From the NCBI GenBank assembly GCA_030390025.1, contig CM059432.1:72294001-72358000 (forward strand): a stretch of DNA of 64,000 nucleotides. Reading direction: 5' to 3'. A program made the position numbers and the translations under genes. Origin of the DNA: Squalus acanthias (Eukaryota). Numbering within the stretch: the stretch's first letter is position 1; each line of letters starts with the position of its first letter. The notes under the pieces are model-generated. The model worked only from the letters and a program-made list of their open reading frames with translations, had not been told where the DNA came from and did not search any database. Shown one piece after another: positions 51,920-63,525 of the stretch.

Positions 51920-54900
51920 ATTTTTTAATTCATTCATTCACGGGATGTGGGCGTCGCTGGCAAGGCCAGCATTTATTGCCCATCCCTAATTACCCTTGAG
52001 AAGATGGTGGTGAGCTGCCTTCTTGAACCTTTGCAGTCCGTGTAGTGAAGGTACTTCCACAGTGCTGTTAGGGAGGGAATTCCAGGATTTTGACCCAGCG
52101 ATGATGAAGCATTGGTGATATATTTCCAAGTTAGAATGGTGTGTGACTTAAAGGGGAACTTGGAGGTGGTGTTGCCCTTGTCCTTCTAGGTGGTAGAGAT
52201 CGCGGGTTTGGGAGGTGCTGTTGAAGAAGCCTTGGCGAGTTGCTGCAGTGTATCTTGTAGATGGTACACACTGCAGCCACGGTACGCCAGTGGTGGATGG
52301 GGTGCCGATCAAGCTGATGGCGTTGTCCAGGATGGTATTGAGCTTCTTGAATGTTTTTGGAGCCGCACTCATCCAGGCAAGTGGAGAGTATTCCGTCACA
52401 CTCCTGACTTGTGCCTTGTAGGTGGTGGAAAGGCTTTGGGGAGTCAGGAGGTGAGCCACTCACTGCCGAATACCCAGCCTCTGACCTGCTCTTGTAGCAA
52501 CAGTGTTTATGAGGCGGGTCTGGTCAATGGTGTCCCCCAGGATATTGACGGTGCAGGATTCGATGATGGTAATGCTGCCTTGATGTCAAGGGCAGTCACT
52601 CTTTCCTCACCTCTGGAATTCAATTCTTTTGTCCATATTTCGACCAAGGCTGTAATGCGGTCTGTAGCCAAGTGGTCGTGGCAGATCCTAAACTGAGCAT
52701 CGGTGAGCAGGTTATTGGTACATAAGCACCACTTGATAGCACTTCCATCACTTTGATAATGATTGAGAGTAGGCTGATGGGGCAGTAATTGGCTGGATTG
52801 AAGGCAAATTATTGACCTGGTTAGGAAATTGGGTGAGCGGCAGGAGACAAAGAGTAGGGATAATGGGTAGGTACTTTAATTGGCAGGATGTGACTACTGG
52901 TGTCCAGCAAGGAGCTGTGTTGGGGCCTCAACTATTCACAGTATTTATTAACGACTTAGATGATGGGATAGAAAGTCACATATCCATATTTGCTGATGAC
53001 AGAAAGATAGGCGACATTGTAGGCAGTGTAGATGGAAGCATAAAATTACAAAGAGCTATCGACAGATTAAGTGAATGGGTAAAACTGTGGCAAATGGATT
53101 TCAATGTAGGCAAATATGAGGTCATCTACTTTGGACCTAAAAAGGATAGAACAGGGTACTTTCTAAATGGTGAAAAGCTAAAAACAGTAGAGGTCCAAAG
53201 AGACTTGGTGGTCCAGGTACATAGATCATTAAAATGTCATGAACAGGTACAGAAAATAATCAAAAAGACTAATGTAAAGCTGGCCTTTATATCTAGAGGA
53301 CTAGATTAAAAGCGGGTAGAAGTCATGCTTCAGCTATACAAAGCCCTGGTTAGACCACACCTGGAGTACTGTGAGCAGTTCTAGGCACTACACCTTAAGA
53401 AGCATTTCTTGGCCTTGGAGGGAGTGCAGCATAGGTTTACCAGAATGCTACCTGGACTCCAAGGGTTAAATTACGAGGAGTGATTACACAAGCTAGGGTT
53501 GTATTCCCTGGAATTTGGAAGGGTAAGGGGAGATTTGATCAAAGTTTTCAAGATATTAAGGGGGACAGATAGGGTAGATAGAGAGAAACTATTTCTGCTG
53601 GTTGGGGAGTCTAGGACTAGGAGGCATGGACTAAAAATTAGAGCCAGACCTTTCAGGAGTGAAATTAGGAAACACTTCTACACACAAAGGGTGGTAGAAG
53701 TTTGGAACTCTCTTCTGCAAACAACAGTTGATGCTAGATAAATTGTTAATTTTAAATCTGAGATTAGATTTTTGTTAACCGAAGGTATTAAGGGATATGG
53801 GGCAAAGGCGGGTATATGGAGTTAGGTTGCAGATCACCCACGATCTCATTGAATGGCGGAACCGGCTCCAAGGGCTAAATGGCCTACTCCTGCTCCTATG
53901 TTCCTATGATTGGAATTGTTCTGCTTTTCATGGACAGGACATACCTGGGCAATTTTCCACTTTGCTGGGTAAATGCCAATATTGTAGCTGTACTGGAACA
54001 GCTTGGCTAGAGGCGTGGCTAGTTCTGGAGCACAAGTCTTCAACACTACAGCCAGAATGTTGTTGGAGCCTATAGACTTTACTCTATCCAGTGAGCTCAG
54101 CTGTTCCTTGATATCACATGAAGTGAATCGAATTGGCTGAAGACTGACTTCTGTGATGGTGGGGACCTCAGGATGAGGGCGAGGTGGATCATCCATTTCT
54201 GGCTGAAGATGATTGCAAACGCTTCAGCCTTGTCTTTTGCACTCACGTGCTGGGGTCCTCCATCATTGAGGATGGGGTTGTTAATGGAGCCTCTTCCTCC
54301 TGTTAGTTGTTTAATTGTCCACCACCATCCACGAATAAATGTGGCAGGTCTGTAGAGCTTTGATCTGATGCATTTGTTGTGGGATTGCTTGACTCTGTCT
54401 ATAGCATGCTGCTTCCACTGTTTAGCATGCATGTAGTCCTGTGCTGAGGCTTCACCAGGTTGGCACTTCATTTACAGGTATGACTGGTGCTGCTCCTGGC
54501 ATGCTCTTCTACACTTCTCATTGAACCAGGGTTAGTCCCCTGGCTTGATGGTAATGGTAGTGGGAACGATATGCCGGGCCATGAGGTTACAGATTGTGGT
54601 GGAATACAATTCAGCTGCTGCTGATGGCCTACAGTGCCTCATGGATGCCCTGTTTTGAGCTGCTAGATCTGTTCTGATTCTATCCCATTTAGCACAGTGG
54701 TAGTGCCACACAACACGATGGAGGGTGTCCTCAGTCTGAAGATGGGAATTTGTCTCCATAAGGACTGTGCAGTGGTCTCTCCTGCCAATACTATCATGGA
54801 CAGATGCATCTGCGACAGGTAGATTGGTGAGAACGAGGTCAAGTAGGTTTTTCCCTCGTGTTGGTTCTCTCACCACCTGCCGCAGGTTCAGTCTGGCAGC

Positions 54901-55700
54901 TATGTCCTACAGGACTCGGCCAGCTCGGTCAGTAGTGGTGCTACCAAGCCGCTCTTCGTGATGGACAATGAAGTCCCCCACCCAGAGTACATCCTGTGCT
55001 CTTGCTACCCTCGGTGCTTCTTCCAAATGGTGTTTAACATGGAGGAGTACTGATTCATCTGCTGAGGGAGGGCGGTAGGTGGTAATCGGCAGGCGGTTTC
55101 CTTGCCCATGTTTGACCTGATGACATGAGACATCATGGGGTCCAGATTCAATGTTGAGGGCTCCCAGGGCCAATCCCTCCCGACTGTATACCACTGTGCC
55201 ATCACCTCTGGTGAGTTTGTCCTGCCGGTGGAACAAGACATACCCAGGGATGATGATGGAGGAGTCTGAGATGTTGGCTGATAGGTAGAATTCTGCGAGT
55301 ATGACTATGTCAGGCTGTTGCTTGACTAGACTGTGGGACAGCTCTCCTAATTTTGGCACAAGTCCCCAGATATTAGTAAGGAGGACTTTGCAGGGTCGAT
55401 TGGGCTGGGTGTGCCTTTGTCATGTCTGAGTCCGATGCCTAGGTGGATGTTGAGTGGTCCATCCGATTTTATTCTTATATATTTTTTGTAGCGGTTTGGT
55501 ACAACTGAGTGACTTGCTCGGCCATTTCAGAGGTGAGTTAAGAGTCAACCACATTGCTGTGGGTCCGGAATCACATATAGGCCAGACCGGGTAAGGACGG
55601 CAGATTTTCTTCCCTAAGGAACATTAGTGAACCAGTTGGGTTTTTACGGCAATCTGATAGCTTCATTACATCATTACTGATACTAGCTTTTTATTCCACC
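51920..55700 (-). mobile_element. LINE family 2 (CR1/L2-group), near full length: SINE-like 5' region, endonuclease, RT, 3' tail; interrupted by CR1
   Basis: QQPDIVILAEFYL, TYRPP, WVGDF, EPTRGKNLLDLVLTN, LKTCAPELATPLAKLF, YKAQVRSVTEYSP; tail CCCACATCCCGTGAATGAATGAATT-A6. Confidence 0.88.
52801..53907 (+). mobile_element. 5'-truncated CR1 LINE inserted in LINE family 2
   Basis: QRVGIMG, VLGPQLF, FADD; GATTG present at both junctions (52796-52800, 53908-53912). Confidence 0.9.
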
Positions 55701-55976
55701 TTTATATAGTTGTAACATGGTGAGGCATTTAAAAAAGGAAATTAAATGCTAGGATTTATAGCAGGAACAGTGGAATTCAAATAAATTAAAATTATAATAA
55801 AGCTGTGCAATGCACGTGGATTTAATGAGCTCAGTTATAGTCACCATGCTGCATAAATGGTGTACATGGGAGAGCTCGGGTGAGGTGAAATTTAGAAATC
55901 TAAAGAGAAAAGTAAAGGCAATAGAGCAGTGAAGCAACTTGGGTAAAGATAAGCAGAGTGTGACAGGAAGGGACAG

Positions 55977-56872
55977 AGGACTAGAAATTCATTATAGTCA
56001 AGGAATGGGTGGTGTCAGTAGAAAAGTTGGATAATTAGCACCAGGCGCAAATGCTTTAGACTGCATGAAAAATTCGTGCTCACGACTCAATAAAATGATT
56101 GGACTCCTAAATCAAGTCTTAAAACCCAAGCTCAGATGAGGACCTTGATGGGGAGGCGTTTAGAAGAAGGGTGATGGGCATGCACATGGAGATGATAGGT
56201 GCAATGGCAAGGGTGCCTGAGAGCTTCTTGGTAATGGTAAGGAGCGTGGAGGAGTCTGCCTCCAACATTGCACAAGGTTCTGCGCACACCATGGAGCCCA
56301 TCATTTCCAGTCTGCAGAGGATGATAGACTCCCAGAGAGACCGTGGAGACCCAGACCTGATGCCGCGTGTGATGGGCGATGTCGCAGCTTCCATTGTAGC
56401 ACAGGCGGAAGCGACGCAACGTCTTAGTGCTGTAATGGAGTCAATGCTTGGTGGCATCCAATCTCAGAATGCTCTCATGCAGTCTCAACTCGTTGCCACG
56501 CAAGCTCTGACTGCTGTCATCATGACTGTGTCTACCACTGTCAATCAGGGCTTGCACGGTGTCGCAGCAGGCCAGCAATCTGTGCTGCAACAGATTGCTA
56601 GGGATGCTGAGGTGCTGCCCTGGGGGAGTGGCAGTGGGTCAGTGGAGCTGGAATCTGCTGTCCTCTCTCAGGATGAGAGCAATCCTGCTTCCACCACTGC
56701 TACCCCGCCATTGCCCTTGTCACTGCCTGTCATCCAGCTAGCCCAGATTGCTGCCGCCCATGCTGAGGTGGTGCAGTCTACAGCCAGGCCTTCCAGGTCC
56801 AGAGCTGGTCGAGGAAATCCTGCAAGGCCATCTGAAGTCTCCCGCACAGACACTCAGCAGCCACTCAGCAGC
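55977..56872 (+). mobile_element. Internally deleted Harbinger piece: terminus plus C-terminal exon of a Myb/SANT gene
   Basis: GGACTAGAAATTC resembles the TIR at 37011; AHAEVVQSTARPSRSRAGRGNPARPS matches 26877-26990; VRSVEESASNI resembles VQRMEESITNM at about 26130. Confidence 0.75.
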
Positions 56873-58081
56873 CTTCAACATGGATTTATGAAAGGGAAAT
56901 CGTGTTTGACAAACCTACTGGAGTTTTTTGAGGATGTAACTGGTAGAATAGATAAGGGAGAACCAGTGGATGTGGTGTATTTGGATTTTCAGAAGGCCTT
57001 TGATAAAGTCCCACATAAGAGGTTAGTGTGCAAAATTAAAGCACATGGGATTGGCGGTAATATACTGGCATGGATTGAAAATTGGTTAACAGACAGGAAA
57101 CAGAGAGTAGGAATAAATGGGTCTTTTTCGGGGTGGCAGGTGGTGACTAGTGGGGTACCGCAAGGATCAGTGCTTGGGCCCCAGCTATTCACAATATATA
57201 TCAATGATTTGGATGAGGGAACCAAATGTAATATTTCCAAGTTTGCTGACGACACGAAACTAGGTGGGATTGTGAGTTGTGAGGAGGATGCAAAGAGGCT
57301 TCAAGGCGATTTAGACAAGTTGAGCGAGTGGGCAAATACATGGCAGATGCAGTATAACGTGGATAAATGTGAAGTTATCCACTTCGGTAGGAAAAACAGA
57401 AAGGCAGAGTATTATTTAAATGGTGATAGATTGGGAAATGTTGATGTACAGAGGGATCTGGGTGTCCTTGTACACCAGTCACTGAAAGCAGACATGCAGG
57501 TGCAGCAAGCAGTTAGGAAGGCAAATGGTTTGTTGGCCTTCATTGCAAGAGGATTTGAGTACAGGAGCAAGGATGTCTTACTACAGTTATACAGGGCCTT
57601 GGTGAGACAATACCTGGAGTACTGTGTGCAGTTTTCGTCTCCTTACCTAAGAAAGGATATACTTACCATAGAGGGAGTGCAGCAAAGGTTCACCAGACTG
57701 ATTCCTGGGATGGCAGGACTGTCGTATGAGGAGAGATTGGGTCGACTAGGCCTGTATTCACTAGAGTTTAGAAGAATGAGAGGGGATCTCATTGAAACGT
57801 ATAAAATTCTGACAGGGCTAGACAGATTGGATGCAGGGAGGATGTTTCCCCTGGCTGGGGGGTCTAGAACGAGGGGTCACAGTCTCAGGATACAGGGTAG
57901 GACATTTAGGACTGAGATGAGGAAAAACTTCTTCACTCAGAGGGTGGTGAACCTGTGGAATTCTCTACCACAGAAGGCTGTGGAGGCCAAGTCACTGAAT
58001 ATATTTAAGAAGGAGATAGATAGATTTCTAGACACAAAAGGCATCAAGGGGTATGGGGAGAGCTCGGGAATATGGTATTGA
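56174..58081 (+). CDS. Chimeric open frame: Harbinger Myb-protein C-terminal region fused to 5'-truncated CR1 RT (635 aa from first ATG); expression unknown
   Basis: Uninterrupted frame; junction ..QQPLSSL|QHGFMKGKSCLTNL near 56873. Confidence 0.35.
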   Translation: MGMHMEMIGAMARVPESFLVMVRSVEESASNIAQGSAHTMEPIISSLQRMIDSQRDRGDPDLMPRVMGDVAASIVAQAEATQRLSAVMESMLGGIQSQNALMQSQLVATQALTAVIMTVSTTVNQGLHGVAAGQQSVLQQIARDAEVLPWGSGSGSVELESAVLSQDESNPASTTATPPLPLSLPVIQLAQIAAAHAEVVQSTARPSRSRAGRGNPARPSEVSRTDTQQPLSSLQHGFMKGKSCLTNLLEFFEDVTGRIDKGEPVDVVYLDFQKAFDKVPHKRLVCKIKAHGIGGNILAWIENWLTDRKQRVGINGSFSGWQVVTSGVPQGSVLGPQLFTIYINDLDEGTKCNISKFADDTKLGGIVSCEEDAKRLQGDLDKLSEWANTWQMQYNVDKCEVIHFGRKNRKAEYYLNGDRLGNVDVQRDLGVLVHQSLKADMQVQQAVRKANGLLAFIARGFEYRSKDVLLQLYRALVRQYLEYCVQFSSPYLRKDILTIEGVQQRFTRLIPGMAGLSYEERLGRLGLYSLEFRRMRGDLIETYKILTGLDRLDAGRMFPLAGGSRTRGHSLRIQGRTFRTEMRKNFFTQRVVNLWNSLPQKAVEAKSLNIFKKEIDRFLDTKGIKGYGESSGIWY

Positions 58082-58170
58082 GATAGAGGATCAGCCATGA
58101 TCATATTGAATGGCGGAGCAGACTCGAAGGGCTGAATGGCCTACTCTTGCTCCTATTTTTCTATGTTTCT
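56873..58170 (+). mobile_element. Young 5'-truncated CR1 LINE with open ORF2 remainder
   Basis: DFQKAFDKV, GVPQGSVLGP, FADD through the stop at 58081 and tail CTCCTATTTTTCTATGTTTCT. Confidence 0.93.
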
Positions 58171-58230
58171 AAAGCAGGTGGGTGTAATACCGAGATATTC
58201 TTGCCTTGTCTTACTGGATTGTGTCAGGGC

Positions 58231-59555
58231 CCGAATGTAATGTATCCAAGCTTGCTGATGATACAAAGCTAGGTGGGAAAGTAAGCTGTGAGGAGGACAC
58301 AAAGAGCCTGCAAAATGTGGGGAAATGTGAGGTTATTCACTTTGGTAGGAAGAATAGAAAAACAGAATTTTTTTTTATTCGTTCATGGGATGTGAGCATC
58401 GCTGGCAAGGCCAGCATTTATTGCCCATCCCTAATTACCCTTGAGAAGGTGGTGGTGAGCCGCCTTCTTGAACCACTACAGTATACTTCTTTGTTGCTGT
58501 GTGGTACAACTGAGTGGCTTGCTAGGTCATTTCAGAGGGTAGTTAAGAGTCAACCACCTTGCTGTGGGTCAGGAGTCACATATAGGCCAGACCAGGTAAG
58601 GATGGCAGATTTCCTTCCCTAAAGGACATTAGTGAACCAGATGGGTTTTTACTATAATCCAGTAGTTTCATCGTCACCATTACTGATACTAGCTTTTTAT
58701 TCCAGAATTATTTTAACTAATTGAATTCAAATTCCCGAGCTTCTGTGGTGGGATTGGACTCGTGTCTCTGGATCATTAGTCCAGTAACATAACCACTATG
58801 CTACCGTACCCTATGCTGAGAAACTATTAAATGTTGGTGTTAAGAGAGATTTAGGTGTCCTCATACAGGAAACACAGAGTTAGCATGCAGGTACAGCAAG
58901 CAATTAGGAAGGCAAATGGCATGTTGGCCTTTATTGCAAGGGGGTTGGAGTACAAGAGTAAGAAAGTCTTGCTACAATTCTACAGCACTTTGGTGAGACC
59001 ACACCTGGAGTACTGTTATGGTCTCCTTATTTAAGGAAGGATATATTTGCCTTAGAGGCAGTGCAATGAAGGTTCATTAGATTGATCCCTGGAATGAGAG
59101 GGTTATCCTATGAGGAGGGATTGAGTAGATTGAGCCTATACTCACTTCAGTTTAGAAGAATGAGAGGTGATCTCATTGAAACATATAACATTCTGACTGG
59201 GATTGACAGGGTAGATGCTGAGAGGTTGTTTCCCCTGGCTGGAGAGTCTAGAACTAGGGGACATAGTTTCAGAATAAGGGGCCGACCTTTTAAGACTGAG
59301 ATGAGTAGGAATTTCTTCACTAAAAGGGTTGTGAATCTTTGGCATTCTCTACCCCAAAGGGCTGTGGATGCTGAATCGTTGAATATATTCAAGGCTGCGA
59401 TAGATAGATTTTTGGACTCTAGGGGAATCAAGGATATGGAGATCAGGTGGGAAAGTGGAGTTGAGGTCGAAGGTCAGCCATGATCTTATTGAATGGCGGA
59501 GCAGACTCGAGGGGCTGTATGGCCGACTCCTGCTCTTAATTCTTATGTTCTTATG
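58231..59555 (+). mobile_element. CR1 3' half interrupted by a SINE
   Basis: SKLADDTKLGG..KCEVIHFG, resumes at about 58815, tail TCTTATGTTCTTATG. Confidence 0.88.
58368..58811 (-). mobile_element. tRNA-derived SINE with LINE family 2 tail (Meta-domain-like body)
   Basis: A box TAGCATAGTGG, degenerate B box GAGTCCAATCC, body CTGGTTCACTAATGTCCTTTAGGGAAGGAAATCTGCC, last ~110 nt match 51920-52035. Confidence 0.82.
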
Positions 59556-60084
59556 TATTGGAAAGGTGCAGAGCAGAATAGCAATAATAATCTAAAGTGT
59601 AAAGAGGATGCGAAAAGATCAATGTTCACAGTCTGGAGAGAAGATGCTTAAGGATGGCGTCTCATTGAGGTATACAAAATATAACTTTATATAGGAAAAA
59701 CCCAGAATAATTACTTAAATTTAATATTATTGTGTCATAGTATTTCACCAGTCAGAATGCAGAACTGCAAATTCCAGAATTTCACCAATTGGATCCCAGA
59801 GACCACTGTTTCTTCAACATGTTGACTCAACCAGTTCCTAGAGCAATGACTCCAGGGGCTAATCAGATCCTAGACCATCTGAAAAAAGACTTGCATTTAT
59901 ATCGTGCCATAATACATCTAAAGGCTTTCTAATATAATTTCTGATCAGTCATTATTGTGACTGAACCTATTGCATTCTATCAAAAAGAATTCTGTGGCAT
60001 ACAGCCACAATGATACTTCCTCATCTACCCAGAAAAAAATACAGTATATCAAACTACATCAATTATAACACAAAAAATCAATAA

Positions 60085-60822
60085 TAAATCATATGGGATC
60101 CTTGGCTTTATAAATAGAAACAAAGTGCAAAAGCAAGGAAGTTATGGTAAACCTTTATAAATCACTGGTTAGCCCTCAGCTGGAGCATTGTGTCCAATTT
60201 TGGGCATCACACTTTAGGAAGGATGTCAAGTCCTTGGAGAGGGTGCAGGGGAGATTTACCAGAATGGTACCAGGGATCAGGGACTTCAATTATGTGGATA
60301 GACTGGAGCAAGCTGGGGTTGTTCTCCTTAGAGCAGAGAAGGTTAAGGGAGATTTAACAGAAGTGTTCAAAATTATGAGAGGTTTTGATAGATTCGATAG
60401 GAGAAACCGTTTCCACTGGCAGGAGGGTCAGTAACTAAACTTTGTCGCAGCAGTTTGGTATAACTGAATGGCTTGCTAGGCCATTTCAGAGGGCAGTTAA
60501 GAGTCAACCACATTTTGTGCTGTGTGGTTCTATGAACTCACAAAAAATTATAAACGAAATGACACAGAATTCAGATAATTGGCAAAAAAGCCTGAGCCTG
60601 GGGAGTGATAAGAAATTGTTTTCTGCAGTGAGTTGTTGTGATCTGGAATGCACGGCCTGAAAGGGTAGTGGAAGCTGATTCAATAGTAACCTTCAAATGG
60701 GAATTGGATAAATACTTGAAAAGGAGAAATGTGCAGGGCTATAGGGAAAGAGCAGGGGAGTCGGACTAATTAGATAGCACTTCAAAGCGCCGGCACAGAC
60801 ACAATTTACTGAATGTCCTCCT
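60085..60822 (+). mobile_element. CR1 3' fragment with a SINE-body insert
   Basis: LYKSLVSPQLEHCVQFW..ERVQGRFTRMVPG. Confidence 0.82.
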
Positions 60823-60825
60823 TTT

Positions 60826-61056
60826 TATTTTATCTTTTTTTTATTTATTCATTTACAGAATGTGGCGTCGCTGGCAAGGCCGGCATTTATTGCCCACCCC
60901 TAATTGCCCTTGAGAAGGTGGTGGTGAGCCTCCTTCTTGAACCGCTGCAGTCCTGTGGTGAAGTTACTCCCACAGTGCTGACTTTGTCGCAGCGGTTTGG
61001 TTCAACTGAATGGCTTGCTAGGCTATTTCAGAGGGCAGTTAAGAGTCAACCACATT
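60826..61056 (-). mobile_element. Truncated SINE / bipartite derivative of LINE family 2
   Basis: About 145 nt of family 2 tail joined to SINE body GCGGTTTGG..AAGAGTCAACCACATT. Confidence 0.75.
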
Positions 61057-63501
61057 TTGTGCTTTGTAGTTCTATGAACTCACAACAAAATTATAAACTA
61101 CCCCATCCTACCTTGGAGTTTCCCTATCTCCTCCTTCCTCCCTCATGTAAAATCAACAGTGTCAACCCAAAGTGCACACTATCCTATGTGTATACACCAC
61201 CAAATTTGTCCACACCCCTATAGTCCATGCCCAGCCCTACTTGGATCCAATGTCCTATGATCTTATTTTTTTTTAAAAACACGTCTACCAGGTCAAAGGT
61301 ATATGCACACAGATGACTCCATCCTTCTAGCTGCTCTTGATTACTCTGTGACTTCCCATTTGCTCCTGCTCTGTGCCTTCTCCAGCTGCCCTCTGCTCTT
61401 CTGCTCATTTCCTCTCATTCCTCTGGTCTACAGGAGACAGGAAAACAGAAATACTGAGAGCAATATAGACAGAAACACAGAGTGACAATCATTGAGACAG
61501 GGAGACAAAGTAATGCATGGAAAAAGGAACAAGAGAGTAACAAAGATACAGAATAAGAAGAGCAGGGAAGCACAGAGAGAAATGCCAAAAGTAACAGAGG
61601 GAAAAAGAGAGGGTAACACAGACCTGGAGGACCATAGACTACCTCTTCCAAAGGAATGCCAAAAGCTTGATAAGGCTCCGTGGACTGAGCCCCTCCAAGC
61701 ACACATAAGCCACTGCAGCAGTAAAGTCTTTCCTCGATATTCACAGCGTAGAAAGCACAAGGCAGCACCAGTGGATCAAGACCAGCTATAGCCTCACAGA
61801 TTTAAATCCCACTCCAGAGTGCTCCCACTTTCCACGTATGCTGCAAAACCGCCCTCAGGGGACAACTGCAACACCTCAATGAAAAAGAATGTGGCAGCAT
61901 CAGTTCAGTACAGGTAACATATATGGAATACTGTGCTCCAAACCCCAAACTACCTGCGAGCGATGCCACGGAGAATCTACTGCCATTACTTGAAAATAAA
62001 TGAAATAAAAACAGCAAAATATATTGCTTTTTATGTATTAAACAGATTGAGCTGCAAGATTAATAACAATCTGGGAAAAACAAACTGCTTAGACCCCATA
62101 AGCTGGGAAAGGACCTGAACACCACTGTTCAGACGTGAAGATTATAGCTTTTTTTAATTCAAATGTCTCTAATAAATTTGTAGCAGCAAGAAAATTTAAA
62201 AAGTGGAATTCCACAGTTATTTCCGCTACAATGATTACTAATAGCCATTTGAACAGTAATAGGAGACAGTAGAGTAAGGAAAATAACTTGTATCCCTTTC
62301 CCCTAGAGTAGAAGATAAAAACTGGGGGATAAAGCTGCTTGTGACATAATTAGCTGGATTTTCCTCTGCTGTGTCATTGGTATTTACAAAGGTTAGCAGG
62401 TCTCCCCAGGTGCCTACTAATTATACTAGTTTTATCTATGTGTACAGATGTACCATGAGAGGTGTAGCAATACAATGGTGCAGCGGTCTGGAGCACATGG
62501 AACAACATGATTGAGGTTCCATCGCCCACGTGGCTAATTCCTGATCTAAGCCATGCTACCTCAGGGAGGTAGTGAGTGAAGGCCAGGTACCTCACAGAGC
62601 GGGAGGAAGTAGACCGAGGGTCTCCAGCAGGTCTCAAATCTTCTGTTAGCTAGTTACCTAAAACAACTCTTGTGACCTAAAAACAAACTGTCTGACCTCC
62701 TGACCACGTGTGCTTTGTGACCAAGAAGGGGCAAAGTAGGGGAGATAACTAGTGGGGGAAAAAGATGGCAACATAGCCTTAAATGAAAAAAAAACACATT
62801 TAATTTCTCGATCAGAGGCCCCAATAATCGTCATGCTGATACTGACGACAGGATGATGGGGTAAAAGTTAATTCCCAGCCAAACATGAGCGCGTAGGGGC
62901 CGCAAGGAACGATCACAGTGCTGAATGGATAGATCTGAGATGCACCTAATATTGGGCCTCAGGCCTCATTATCATTGAACTGCTGTGCTGCGGGCACCTA
63001 ATGGGTGTTGCCAGGCAGCTCACCGAAGATCGGCCCTCATGTAAGTACTTAATGTGGACTGGGCGAGGGGGCGATCAGGAGAGGGAGGCGACCAGAAAGG
63101 TGGCGATGAGTAGGGAGAATAGCAGTGGCTGTGATCGGGTGGGGGCGACAGCGGTAATTGGGGAGGTTTAGGTCGCAATCGGAGGCAGGGGGACAAGCGG
63201 TGGCCAGCAGCAGCCTGCTGTGTTAATGTGGGGTCGAGGGGAGCATTCCTGTTCCTCCTGGGTACACATTCAAGTGAGTATTTTTAACAAACTTACATCT
63301 TTGGTGACAGCCTGCAGTGGCCCATTTAAGGACCATCTGTTAGGCCACATGTAGACCTGTTTTTCCTGAATGCAGCCAGTGTCTGCTGCCTCAAGTCAAA
63401 CCAATATTGCAGAGGGGGCATATGCAAGCAAGGGGCCTAATGCCTGTTTCAGGCACAGGGTCTGGAAGCCTTTTTTTTGTCGGCAGAAGAAGAATGTCGG
63501 G

Positions 63502-63525
63502 GAAGAAGAAGAAGAAGAAGAAGAA
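63502..63525 (+). repeat. (GAA)n microsatellite
   Basis: About eight GAA units. Confidence 0.9.

Larger units (their letters stand above)
50655..59725 (+). mobile_element. Old CR1 RT remnant broken into pieces (50655-50853, 51537-51918, 55705-55860, 59556-59725) by younger insertions
   Basis: Pieces follow RT motif order: DLQKGFDKV, IYTSDLD, CKVLHLG/DRDLRVII, MLGFIA, LERCR/LIEVYKI. Confidence 0.6.

Noticed and set aside
61415..61800. Lys/Arg/Glu-rich ORF, possible exon or Penelope ORF start
   Set aside because: Purine-rich sequence with no recognisable motif or convincing splice pair.
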